Positions 28,719 through 37,026 of a DNA stretch of 64,000 bases are shown in pieces. The notes beneath the pieces were generated by a model. The model made no database searches, was not told where the DNA came from, and saw only the letters and a program-made list of their open reading frames with translations. The translations under genes and the position numbers were made by a program. Numbering within the stretch: position 1 is the first letter of the stretch; every line of letters starts with the position of its first letter. The stretch spans positions 24,859-88,858 of the forward strand of contig JBGSNA010000157.1 in assembly GCA_041739875.1 (NCBI GenBank), in the 5' to 3' direction. Source of the stretch: Pirellulaceae bacterium (lineage in GTDB: Bacteria > Planctomycetota > Planctomycetia > Pirellulales > Pirellulaceae).

Positions 28719-29795
28719 ATGACAATTCAATTGAAACAACTCGCCGAAATGGTCTCTGGTCGTTTGATCGGTGATGGCGATATCAAGTGCCACGGTGCGA
28801 ACCCGCTCCACGACGCAGAGTCGGGCGAGATCACCATGATCGACGACATTCGCCGAGGCGAGTTCGTTGGCCAATCCCAAGCCGTAGCGGTGGTCACACC
28901 CTCGGAATTAACGGATTGTGCGTTGCCACAACTCGTCGTCGAATCGCCGCATGCGGCATTTTCACTCATCGTTCACCATTTTCGGCCCACGGTCGACGTC
29001 GCCATGTTGCCAACGGGTATCGATGCTTCGGCGACGATCGGTGCCACGACTGCGATACATCCGTCCGTTGTGATTGGGGCCGACGTCGTGATCGGGGAAG
29101 GTTGCCGTTTGATGCCGGGTGTGGTCATCATGCCACGCTGTGTTATCGGCGACGGTTGTGTGCTTTACCCGAACGTCACGATTTACGAGTACACGCGAAT
29201 CGCAAGCCGTGTCGTGATTCATTCCGGCAGTGTGATTGGCGCCAATGGATTCGGATATCGCCAACAAGCGGGGCGTCATGTCCCCACAGCACAACTTGGC
29301 TATGTTCGCATCGACAATGACGTTGAGATCGGCGCGTGTGTCACGATCGATCGTGGGACATACGGTGCGACACGCATCGGAGAGGGCACCAAGATCGATA
29401 ACCAAGTCATGATCGCGCATAACTGTCGCATTGGTCGTCACAACCTGTTGTGCAGCCAAGTGGGAATCGCAGGTAGTTGTACGACAGGCGACTATGTCGT
29501 CCTCGCTGGCCAAGTCGGTCTCAAGGATCACATCAAGCTCGGCGACCATGCGATTGTTGGCGCACAAGCGGGGGTGATGGACGATTGTGAAGGCGGCCAA
29601 GTTTACCTTGGTTCTCCAGCGACTAGCCAACGCGAGCAGATGCAGATCATGGCAGTGCAACGTCGGTTGCCAGAAATGCGACGTGAACTGAAAGCGTTCC
29701 GTCGTGAATTGGAGACATTGCATCGCGAGATGGGTGCGAACCGCCAAAACAGTGGCCCGCATACGGATGCCGCAAATAGCCAACGGGTTGCGTGA
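28719..29795 (+). CDS. lpxD: UDP-3-O-acylglucosamine N-acyltransferase
   Basis: N-terminal LpxD domain, then a long run of hexapeptide repeats (left-handed beta-helix) and a C-terminal helix. The track ORF opens at 28698. Confidence 0.9.
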   Translation: MTIQLKQLAEMVSGRLIGDGDIKCHGANPLHDAESGEITMIDDIRRGEFVGQSQAVAVVTPSELTDCALPQLVVESPHAAFSLIVHHFRPTVDVAMLPTGIDASATIGATTAIHPSVVIGADVVIGEGCRLMPGVVIMPRCVIGDGCVLYPNVTIYEYTRIASRVVIHSGSVIGANGFGYRQQAGRHVPTAQLGYVRIDNDVEIGACVTIDRGTYGATRIGEGTKIDNQVMIAHNCRIGRHNLLCSQVGIAGSCTTGDYVVLAGQVGLKDHIKLGDHAIVGAQAGVMDDCEGGQVYLGSPATSQREQMQIMAVQRRLPEMRRELKAFRRELETLHREMGANRQNSGPHTDAANSQRVA

Positions 29796-30742
29796 CTATG
29801 TCTCGTGGCTACCAGCCATTCGGTCAATTGAGGCCAGTGCCAGCAAGTGGTGCTGCGCCATTCGGCCTACTTGCGGGCTGGGGACGCTTTCCCGTTGAAG
29901 TCGCCCAGGCGCTCGTGCGTGATGGTCACTCGGTGTGTTGTCTTGCAATCTCGGGTCACGCGAGCAAGCATTTAGAATCGATTTGCGACGACGTTCACTG
30001 GCTCGGTGTTGGTAAGATCGGCGGCCACTTGAAGTACTTTCGGCGTTCGGGTTGTGAGCAAGTCACGATGGCGGGCAAGTTGTTTAAAGCTGATATTCTT
30101 TACAGCCGTTCACATTGGATTCGACATTTTCCTGATTGGACTTGCTTGCGGACATTGGGGCCGCACCTGTTTGGACGCAATCGTGATGCACGCGATGACA
30201 GCATGTTGCTTTCGATCACACAGGCCTATCACCGCATGGGGCTGGAGATTTGTCCTGCGACTGACTTTGCACCGGAGTTACTTGTGAAGAGTGGTCTATT
30301 GACGGGCACCGCGCCCAAAGAAAACTTGCGACGTGATATCGAAGTCGGTTGGCAAGTTGCCAAGCAAATGGGGGCGCTCGATATCGGGCAAGCCATCACG
30401 ATCAAAGACGGTGTCGTAATCGCCGTTGAGGCCATCGAAGGTACCGACGCCTGCATTGAACGCACCGGCCAGCTCTGTAAACGTGGCGGATGGACACTCG
30501 TCAAAGTGAGCAAGCCACAACAAGACATGCGGTTTGACGTTCCCACAGTGGGTCCGCAAACGGTCGAAAAAGTCCGAGCCGCCGGCGGCGCAGCCATAGC
30601 AATCGAAGCTGGCATGACCATTATGGTCGAACGAGATCGTACTCTCCGAGAAGCGGACAAAGCGGGGATTACCATCATGGCCATGAGCGACCCCGCGACG
30701 GAAGATCTTAGTGTTCCGCAAGTGTTGCGGCGAGCCAGTTAG
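29792..30742 (+). CDS. lpxI: UDP-2,3-diacylglucosamine diphosphatase LpxI (DUF1009 family)
   Basis: GLLAGWGRFPVEVA N-terminus and DIGQAITIKDGVVIAVEAIEGTDACIER motif. The start overlaps the lpxD stop (GTGA at 29792-29795). Confidence 0.85.
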   Translation: MTMSRGYQPFGQLRPVPASGAAPFGLLAGWGRFPVEVAQALVRDGHSVCCLAISGHASKHLESICDDVHWLGVGKIGGHLKYFRRSGCEQVTMAGKLFKADILYSRSHWIRHFPDWTCLRTLGPHLFGRNRDARDDSMLLSITQAYHRMGLEICPATDFAPELLVKSGLLTGTAPKENLRRDIEVGWQVAKQMGALDIGQAITIKDGVVIAVEAIEGTDACIERTGQLCKRGGWTLVKVSKPQQDMRFDVPTVGPQTVEKVRAAGGAAIAIEAGMTIMVERDRTLREADKAGITIMAMSDPATEDLSVPQVLRRAS

Positions 30743-30829
30743 CTGGGTCAAGCCAACTCGCTTGCAGATCGCAGCTTGCCGATTGTTTGGCTTGTGCATG
30801 ACAATGAAGCTTTCTGCGAAAGGTCGACG

Positions 30830-31828
30830 ATGGTGCAAACTGCTTTCACTCTGTCCCCAGCAAAGCTGAATCTCTTTCTCGAGTTGTTGGCTAAACGCAC
30901 CGACGGCTATCACGAGCTGGAAACCGTCATGGTGCCTGTCAACTGGTTTGATTCGTTGGTGCTGACGAGGACTTCGCGTCCGGGGGTGAGGTTGTCGCTG
31001 GAGTGGTTGCCGTCACGTTCGGTACTTGCCAAGCGTCTGGATGTCTTTGAGGATGACGTGGCGGAGGCCGCGCTGTTGGAGATTCCAACCGATCATCGAA
31101 ATCTCGTTTGCAAAGCACTAAGCGGGTTTCTGGATGTGATGCAGTTCGAAGGCGGGTTCGATTGTGAACTGCTCAAACGAATTCCCGCTGGTGCGGGAAT
31201 GGGCGGAGCAAGTGGCAATGCGGCTTCGGCGCTCATGGCGGCTGCTGAGCTATTCAGCGTCGACGTGGCTGATCCAAGAATTAAGAAACTTGCGGCGGAC
31301 TTGGGCAGCGACGTGCCCTTCTTCATGGGGCAGCATTCGTCGAGTAAAGCGGAGGCTGGGGCGTTTGCGGGATTTAGGGCTGCCAGGGGGCTTGGGCGAG
31401 GCGAGGAGATTGAAGAGTGGAGTGTCGGGCTAGCGATCTATTTAATCGTCGTGTTTCCTGGGAGCATGCTTTCCACGCCGTTGGTTTATCGTCAATCAAC
31501 GGTCCCTACGCAGCCTGAATCGGCGAGGGAATTGCTTGAGTCACTTAGTGGGAGGTGTGGCTCCGCCATGGTCAAGGGTGGATTCAATCGGCTGTCAGAC
31601 CCAGCGATCAAAATTGAGCCAAAAGTAGAAAAAACTTTACAGTTGATGAGACACGCGGGGTTGAGAGGGTGTCAAATGACCGGTAGTGGTTCCGCTTGTT
31701 TTGGCTTTGCTTTGTCAGCTCGTCATGTTCGTAGAATGAGAAACAAGTTGGCGGCACAGTTTCAGCCTGGGGCGTTTATTCGAGATTGTCGGATAATTCG
31801 AGTGCCATCAAAAATCGTTCTTCGGTAG
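30830..31828 (+). CDS. ispE: 4-(cytidine 5'-diphospho)-2-C-methyl-D-erythritol kinase
   Basis: PAKLNLFLELL..R.DGYHELETV N-terminus and GHMP kinase motif IPAGAGMGGASGNAAS. Internal ATG 30830 is chosen. Confidence 0.88.
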   Translation: MVQTAFTLSPAKLNLFLELLAKRTDGYHELETVMVPVNWFDSLVLTRTSRPGVRLSLEWLPSRSVLAKRLDVFEDDVAEAALLEIPTDHRNLVCKALSGFLDVMQFEGGFDCELLKRIPAGAGMGGASGNAASALMAAAELFSVDVADPRIKKLAADLGSDVPFFMGQHSSSKAEAGAFAGFRAARGLGRGEEIEEWSVGLAIYLIVVFPGSMLSTPLVYRQSTVPTQPESARELLESLSGRCGSAMVKGGFNRLSDPAIKIEPKVEKTLQLMRHAGLRGCQMTGSGSACFGFALSARHVRRMRNKLAAQFQPGAFIRDCRIIRVPSKIVLR

Positions 31829-31863
31829 AACAGTGTTCTTGGCACTTGTCGCGCTCGCCGGTT

Positions 31864-31870
31864 AAGGAGG
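31864..31870 (+). promoter_or_regulatory. Shine-Dalgarno sequence for spoVG
   Basis: AAGGAGG lies 8 nt upstream of in-frame GTG 31879, exactly where SpoVG homology begins (VEITEIRI). Confidence 0.5.
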
Positions 31871-31878
31871 GTCGGATT

Positions 31879-32430
31879 GTGGAGATTACTGAGATACGCA
31901 TCAAATTGATGGAAGATTCGGAGGACCGTTTACGGGCCTTTTGTTCAATCACCATCGACAACAGTTTCGTGGTTCGTGATTTGAAGATCATTGACGGCAC
32001 GAGTGGACCATTCGTTGCCATGCCCAGTCGCAAGTTGGCGGGTCATTGTCAACGTTGTGGGTACAAGAACCATCTGCGTGCTGCGTTCTGTAATCATTGC
32101 GGAACGAAGCAAACTGGAGGTAACGAATCATCGATGGATTCGCCCCAAAAGCTTTACGCTGATGTCGCTCACCCGATCAACAGTGAATGTCGCGAGATGA
32201 TTCAAAAGGCTGTTCTCGAAGAGTTCTCCGCTGAGCTTCAACGATCCGCCCAGCCCGGTTATCGTTCTCGCTACGACGACGAGTTCGATGACGACGTGGA
32301 GGCGATCGGAACGTTTCTTCGTGACGAGGGTGCCATCGAGCCCAATCGGCCACACTTTGCAGACGCTCCTGCTGCGCAGAAAGAAAAGATCGTCTCGGAG
32401 GACGATGGATTTGGACAGGGGATCTTTTAG
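31879..32430 (+). CDS. spoVG: SpoVG family protein with internal zinc-ribbon insertion and acidic C-terminal extension
   Basis: Canonical SpoVG blocks: VEITEIRIKL, RAFCSITIDNSFVVRDLKIIDG, GPFVAMPSRK, DVAHPINSECREMIQKAVLEEF. They are interrupted by CQRCGY..x11..CNHCG and followed by a D/E-rich tail. Confidence 0.85.
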   Translation: MEITEIRIKLMEDSEDRLRAFCSITIDNSFVVRDLKIIDGTSGPFVAMPSRKLAGHCQRCGYKNHLRAAFCNHCGTKQTGGNESSMDSPQKLYADVAHPINSECREMIQKAVLEEFSAELQRSAQPGYRSRYDDEFDDDVEAIGTFLRDEGAIEPNRPHFADAPAAQKEKIVSEDDGFGQGIF

Positions 32431-32546
32431 CCCACCGTTTTTCGCGAGACTCCAAAATGCTGGGAGCAAGCGTTGAGGGTGAACGTAACTCTCGGTTTGG
32501 TTATGATGGCGAGTGTACCTTGAACCGAGCCTTGGCTATCGAAGCT

Positions 32547-32858
32547 ATGAACGATCCTCCATTAGTTCCAACTGATCGAGTCCCTTCTCGAGCGAATCGG
32601 ATACCGCAAATCAGTGTCGCGTTTTTGTTGGGTGTGACGTTGATCTTTGCCGTGATGATGACGGCGGGCTTGGTGTATGGGCTTCGCGTTCCAGCTGTAC
32701 GAGAAGAATTCGGTTGGATGACTTCGTCGCGTCCGGGCGAATCATCGCACTCCGCTCACCTCAAATTCATTCTCTTTACGCTGACCAGCCCGCTCGTATT
32801 GGCAGGCTTGTTATCCACGCTTATGGCGTTGCTCAAACGGCTGTTTCCGCAAGCCTAG
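32547..32858 (+). CDS. small hypothetical membrane protein (two predicted TM helices)
   Basis: From internal ATG (MNDPPLV..) there are two hydrophobic helices (ISVAFLLGVTLIFAVMMTAGLVY, FILFTLTSPLVLAGLLSTLMALL). No homology recognised. Confidence 0.35.
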   Translation: MNDPPLVPTDRVPSRANRIPQISVAFLLGVTLIFAVMMTAGLVYGLRVPAVREEFGWMTSSRPGESSHSAHLKFILFTLTSPLVLAGLLSTLMALLKRLFPQA

Positions 32859-32872
32859 GCCTAAGTCTAAGT

Positions 32873-34297
32873 CTAATAGCCTCGCCGGCCACCTCGGCGT
32901 CGTCCAGCGTTTCTTGCGTGGTCGGACAAAGCATTCGCGGCTGCTTGAGCCATCGCGTTCACGAGAATTTGCGTCATTGGGTGTCGAGCGACGGCGGCGA
33001 TTTTGTCCATTGTCGTTGGCCCCCATTGTTGAGCCTGCTGGATCTTCATCCAGACGTTATCCATATCACGTGCTCCTCGAACGCTTGCCAACTCGTCAAC
33101 CAAGTCAAGCGATCCGACAAATTGGCATTGCGCCGAATCAAACTTGGACATCCGGAATTTTTGAATCAGCAAACCGAGTTCCTCGAGATAGGATTGCATC
33201 GAATCGAGTTTGTGTCGGCGCTCCCGAGCATCATTGTCGAGATGATCCATCGATGACTCGATGCCCAGCAGTCGAGCAACGATTTGGTCATCCGTGAGTT
33301 CTCGAGTTGACGCCGCTCGTGAACGTAAATCACTTGAGTCGATGCGCTCAAGCATTCCTCGAAAGACTTGAATCGCTTCGTGGTAGTAGGGGCCTCGTTT
33401 GTCGCCCAGTTCCGTCAGCTGGGACTGGAGTGATTGCTGCTCGATGCGAATGGAATCGATCTGCTTGATCTTCACTTCTCGCTCGCGAGTTAGATCCTTG
33501 GCTTGGGCAATAATGTCAGGAAGATTGAGCTGCGCCGCGACAGCATCGCGTTGACGTTCCAATTCATCCAGGACCGTGTCCAGTGCCGCACGATCTTCCG
33601 CGATGATTTGGCGCATTTGAACGGGGGTCTGTTTCAAGAACGTGTAGCTTTGGTTCGCTTCGTCGTATTGGATGAATCGAGCGAGCGTGCGATCCATTCG
33701 CCGCGTGAATCCTTTTGACGCATACTTTTCGCTGCCAAAACCTCGGTCATGCAAATATCGAAAGAGCGAGCTCTCGTCAAAGGCAGGCAACTTGCGTGCG
33801 GAATCTTGTTCGATCTCCTTCAGGTTGGCTTCAGCACGCTCCAAGGCGATTTCGGCGATCGCCGCACGATCGGAAAGCGCAATGAAAGGAGGGTCGCTCT
33901 TCAATTGTGATTCCACGTCCAAGGAAACACGCTGTTGGCGCTCAGCGGCCTCGTCGAGCTTCGAATTCAAGTCGACGAATTCCTGCTCAGCGGCCAGTCG
34001 GCGTGTGTCACTTTCGCGAATGTCGCTGGTGAGACGACTCTCGTGTTCTTCTTTTCGCTGGAGCACGGAGGTGATGTCGTAGCGTACTTCCGCCCACGTC
34101 GACTCAATCGCGGCACGACTGAGTTCCGGCAGGTAATGTTGCGCGAGCGTGACGAGCACGTCACCTCGATTGCCGTCGAGTGATTCGTGGTGCGTACGCG
34201 CTAGCTGGATTTGGTTTCTTTCAAATTCCAATTGAGTTTGCGCGGAGGAATAGGCTTCCATCAAATGTCGGTGCAGAACAGGGCCAGGAATTGGCAT
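32873..34297 (-). CDS. hypothetical all-helical/coiled-coil protein (474 aa)
   Basis: Long ORF with charged heptad-like composition and a basic RRRGGRRGY C-terminus. It lies downstream of, and co-directional with, the 133-aa tail-anchored ORF. No family recognised. Confidence 0.65.
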   Translation of the reverse strand: MPIPGPVLHRHLMEAYSSAQTQLEFERNQIQLARTHHESLDGNRGDVLVTLAQHYLPELSRAAIESTWAEVRYDITSVLQRKEEHESRLTSDIRESDTRRLAAEQEFVDLNSKLDEAAERQQRVSLDVESQLKSDPPFIALSDRAAIAEIALERAEANLKEIEQDSARKLPAFDESSLFRYLHDRGFGSEKYASKGFTRRMDRTLARFIQYDEANQSYTFLKQTPVQMRQIIAEDRAALDTVLDELERQRDAVAAQLNLPDIIAQAKDLTREREVKIKQIDSIRIEQQSLQSQLTELGDKRGPYYHEAIQVFRGMLERIDSSDLRSRAASTRELTDDQIVARLLGIESSMDHLDNDARERRHKLDSMQSYLEELGLLIQKFRMSKFDSAQCQFVGSLDLVDELASVRGARDMDNVWMKIQQAQQWGPTTMDKIAAVARHPMTQILVNAMAQAAANALSDHARNAGRRRGGRRGY

Positions 34298-34363
34298 TCT
34301 TGATTGACCTTAAAGTCCAGTTTCAAAAGAAGCGACGCAAATTAACGCTTGTAACCAATGTGA

Positions 34364-34765
34364 CTACGCAAACATGAACCAAACCGCACCAGCGAAAGCG
34401 GCTGTCGCGGCCGCTCCTGCCATGATCCGGTTTCGCCAAACCCAGCAGTGGGCGATGAAGCTGCTCATCCCGGGAGCGGGGTCCGAGTAAGTGTGAAGCC
34501 GCGATAGATACTGCTCAATTGCGGTATCGATCTCTGCGCCAGTCACTTTGTCGCCAGACAGTTTCGCGGTGCGAAGTAGTTTTTCACGCAATTGCGAGCG
34601 AACATCGTCGCTGCGAAACATGACTTCTGCCGTTTCTCGTTTGTCGCGAATTTCGCGCGCGACATCCATCACCCGGAGGGTTTCCTCTATTGTCAGGTCC
34701 TGGCCGGGAAGCCGAATGTCGCGGGCGGTCTGGGTGGCGATTGCAGTGGCTTGGTTAGTCGGCAT
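34364..34765 (-). CDS. hypothetical tail-anchored membrane protein (133 aa)
   Basis: Charged helical N-terminal part and a single C-terminal hydrophobic helix (IMAGAAATAAFAGAVWFMFA) at the very end. Confidence 0.55.
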   Translation of the reverse strand: MPTNQATAIATQTARDIRLPGQDLTIEETLRVMDVAREIRDKRETAEVMFRSDDVRSQLREKLLRTAKLSGDKVTGAEIDTAIEQYLSRLHTYSDPAPGMSSFIAHCWVWRNRIMAGAAATAAFAGAVWFMFA

Positions 34766-34984
34766 GGCGGGCTCGTCGAATTCATCGAAAAATCAAATCT
34801 GGATTATTCTAGGCGGAATTGGCGGTTTGCCGAGGCGCCAGGACTTTGTTGCCGGTGGCCGAGCGGTTTTGATTGTGTGTGGGATGATTGCAGCAACTCT
34901 CGCAAAGCGCTACGCTTGTGCATGTATCGACGTATAGCGCCGATCGAATTGTGTTCTTGACCACTCTCTGGAGACTCGTTGCCG

Positions 34985-36229
34985 ATGTCCGAGCAAGCCC
35001 AAGCTTCTGCCCCGCAACCCGAAAAAAAAGCTACTAGTACCGCAACCAGCTCTGATCGCGACATGACGTCGATGCGAAAGTATCTCGATCGAGCGCTGGA
35101 TACTCTCAAGAAGTTCGGTGCGAATAGTACCAACACCGCACCTCAAGAATTGATCAGCTTGCTTGAGAGTGTCCGTCACATTGACGAAGCCAAAGTGCTT
35201 GGGATCGCCGAGGTGATCAAGCACATGAGCTCGTTCAACGCTCTTGTGCGAGAGAACGTGGAGCAGATCCAGATCGGCAATCGTTACATGGACATCACCC
35301 AGATGTTCGACTCCGTACGCGAAGACAGTAAGCAGCTGATCGCCCAGCTCGATGACGGTAAAATCAGTGGCACGGAGAAAATGTCGAACTGGTGGATGAA
35401 GATGCGACGTGGTACCCCGTCGGATCGATTTGAAAAGATCGTCGAAGTCTATTCCGAAGTCGCTAAGGACACAAAGGAAGCGTTACAGCGAGAAGAAGCC
35501 ATCATGGAAGGCTACATCGACTTCCGCTTCGCGCTCAAGGAAGCGGAAGTACTTGCTCGTGAACTGCTCGACACGCATGCACCAACTTTGGAAGCTGCAA
35601 AAGAAGGTCTCGGATCGGCTCAGATTGCTCTCGATAACTTCACTGGCACGGATGAGGGCGGTAAGAGCCAGTTGGAGCTGCGTCGTGACGAAGCTCGCCA
35701 AAAATACGAAGACGAAGATGAAACGTATCAATTGCTCAAGGACATCGCCGAGAACCTAGAGATTGGATATGACGTTGGCGAAACGTTGGTTAGCAAGCTC
35801 AAGCAGACTCACGACGTCAAGGAGCGTGTGTTCCGACGCGCCGTGACTTTCTTCACAACCAATGAGCACGTCTTCACGATTCTAGGCACCGTTTACACGA
35901 GCCAGCATGGTTTGCACGAAGTGACTCAGGCGACTGAGGCGATGAAAGACGGTGTGAACAAGGGCCTCGAAGATGTTGCGACCCTCGGCCGCGAGCTCGA
36001 GCGGGCTGCATTGAAGGCCGGTTACGGAAGCACGATTAATCCGGAGAGCGTCCAAAAGCTCGTGGACTCCATCAGCGGTTTCCAGATCGAGTCATTGGAA
36101 TTGATTGCCCAGCTTCGTCGCGAAAGTGAAGAAAGTACTCGAGCGATTCGCAAGAGCGTTGAGGAAGGCAAGAAGAAGTACCAAGACACGCTTGCTCGCC
36201 ATGCTCGTGGTGAAAAGCTGGGGGCTTAA
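34985..36229 (+). CDS. all-helical protein, possibly TelA/YaaN (toxic anion resistance) family
   Basis: About 415 aa of predicted helices. The order of segments resembles TelA/YaaN as I remember it, but the match is weak and unverified. Confidence 0.6.
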   Translation: MSEQAQASAPQPEKKATSTATSSDRDMTSMRKYLDRALDTLKKFGANSTNTAPQELISLLESVRHIDEAKVLGIAEVIKHMSSFNALVRENVEQIQIGNRYMDITQMFDSVREDSKQLIAQLDDGKISGTEKMSNWWMKMRRGTPSDRFEKIVEVYSEVAKDTKEALQREEAIMEGYIDFRFALKEAEVLARELLDTHAPTLEAAKEGLGSAQIALDNFTGTDEGGKSQLELRRDEARQKYEDEDETYQLLKDIAENLEIGYDVGETLVSKLKQTHDVKERVFRRAVTFFTTNEHVFTILGTVYTSQHGLHEVTQATEAMKDGVNKGLEDVATLGRELERAALKAGYGSTINPESVQKLVDSISGFQIESLELIAQLRRESEESTRAIRKSVEEGKKKYQDTLARHARGEKLGA

Positions 36230-36248
36230 GTCGCTCGTGGCAAAGTAT

Positions 36249-36288
36249 CCTGTTCGTTTCAGCGGATTTGTTAGCTGAGACGAACAGG
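36249..36288. terminator. hairpin between convergent genes (candidate bidirectional terminator)
   Basis: A 15-bp stem (CCTGTTCGTTTCAGC/GCTGAGACGAACAGG, one G-U pair) with a 10-nt loop sits between the TelA-like stop (36229) and the fabZ-like stop (36294). The flanking T-tracts are weak. Confidence 0.5.
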
Positions 36289-36293
36289 TTGAC

Positions 36294-36812
36294 CTATTTG
36301 CGATTGGCCATTTGGTTCGTGACGGCTTCGATTGGAATTGGGATCCCCCGAAGCTTGCCTTCGAGAACCAAGTTGCCGTCAACAACGCCTTGAAAACCCG
36401 CAACGATCATTCGACCGCGACGTGCTTTTTCAAGGAGCACCATCAGGATGAGCTTGTCGCCTGGTGTCACGACGCCGCGAAAGCGTACTTCGTCGACTCC
36501 ACCAAAACCGACCATTGCGGCGCCAAGTAGATCGTGCTTTTGAGTAAAGTAGCTCGAGAGTTGGGCAACTGCCTCAAGCATAATGACGCCCGGCATGAGC
36601 GGCATTCCAGGCATGTGGCCACGGACCCAGAATTCATCCTGGGTAACGTCCTTGTACGCGGCACAAGCGTTCCGCTCGATGTCCTCGTACAATATGGCTG
36701 TTAGCTGTTCCATCTCGTGGCGCTGAGGATTGAGCGCCCGTATTGCCTCGATACCAGCAATCGGACGATCAATGTCCAGCAGAGCTGGATCGATGATGAA
36801 GGGGCTTTTCAT
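36294..36812 (-). CDS. fabZ: 3-hydroxyacyl-ACP dehydratase (FabZ/FabA hotdog fold)
   Basis: Active-site context FWVRGHMPGMPLMPGVIMLEAVAQ and GVDEVRFRGVVTPGD. Internal ATG 36812 is chosen because the track ORF extension overlaps the small basic ORF. Confidence 0.8.
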   Translation of the reverse strand: MKSPFIIDPALLDIDRPIAGIEAIRALNPQRHEMEQLTAILYEDIERNACAAYKDVTQDEFWVRGHMPGMPLMPGVIMLEAVAQLSSYFTQKHDLLGAAMVGFGGVDEVRFRGVVTPGDKLILMVLLEKARRGRMIVAGFQGVVDGNLVLEGKLRGIPIPIEAVTNQMANRK

Positions 36813-36840
36813 CAAATCAGAACCATCTTTTCGTAAATTC

Positions 36841-36939
36841 TTAGGTCTTGACTTTACGACGTTTGGCCTTGCGGGCCTTGGCATTGGACGGCCGGCTGCC
36901 GTGGTTTGCTTTCTTCAGTTTGCGGTGCGGTTTCGCCAT
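36841..36939 (-). CDS. 32-aa highly basic protein, possible bL37-like ribosomal protein
   Basis: ATG-to-TAA ORF MAKPHRKLKKANHGSRPSNAKARKAKRRKVKT, 29 nt upstream of the fabZ-like start. The KANHG-RP-NA core resembles mycobacterial bL37 as I recall it. Confidence 0.45.
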   Translation of the reverse strand: MAKPHRKLKKANHGSRPSNAKARKAKRRKVKT

Positions 36940-37026
36940 GATATCTGGTGAAGTTTGGAGGTGGTGGATGCAATAGGACTTGGGAAAATAGCAGGTTTTG
37001 GCCTGCAACGGTAGCCTTACCGGTCG

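Noticed and set aside
28962-29783. A 273-aa minus-strand ORF.
   Set aside because: It lies entirely antisense to lpxD, whose hexapeptide-repeat frame is clear. The composition is dominated by H/D/R/T runs mirroring those repeats.
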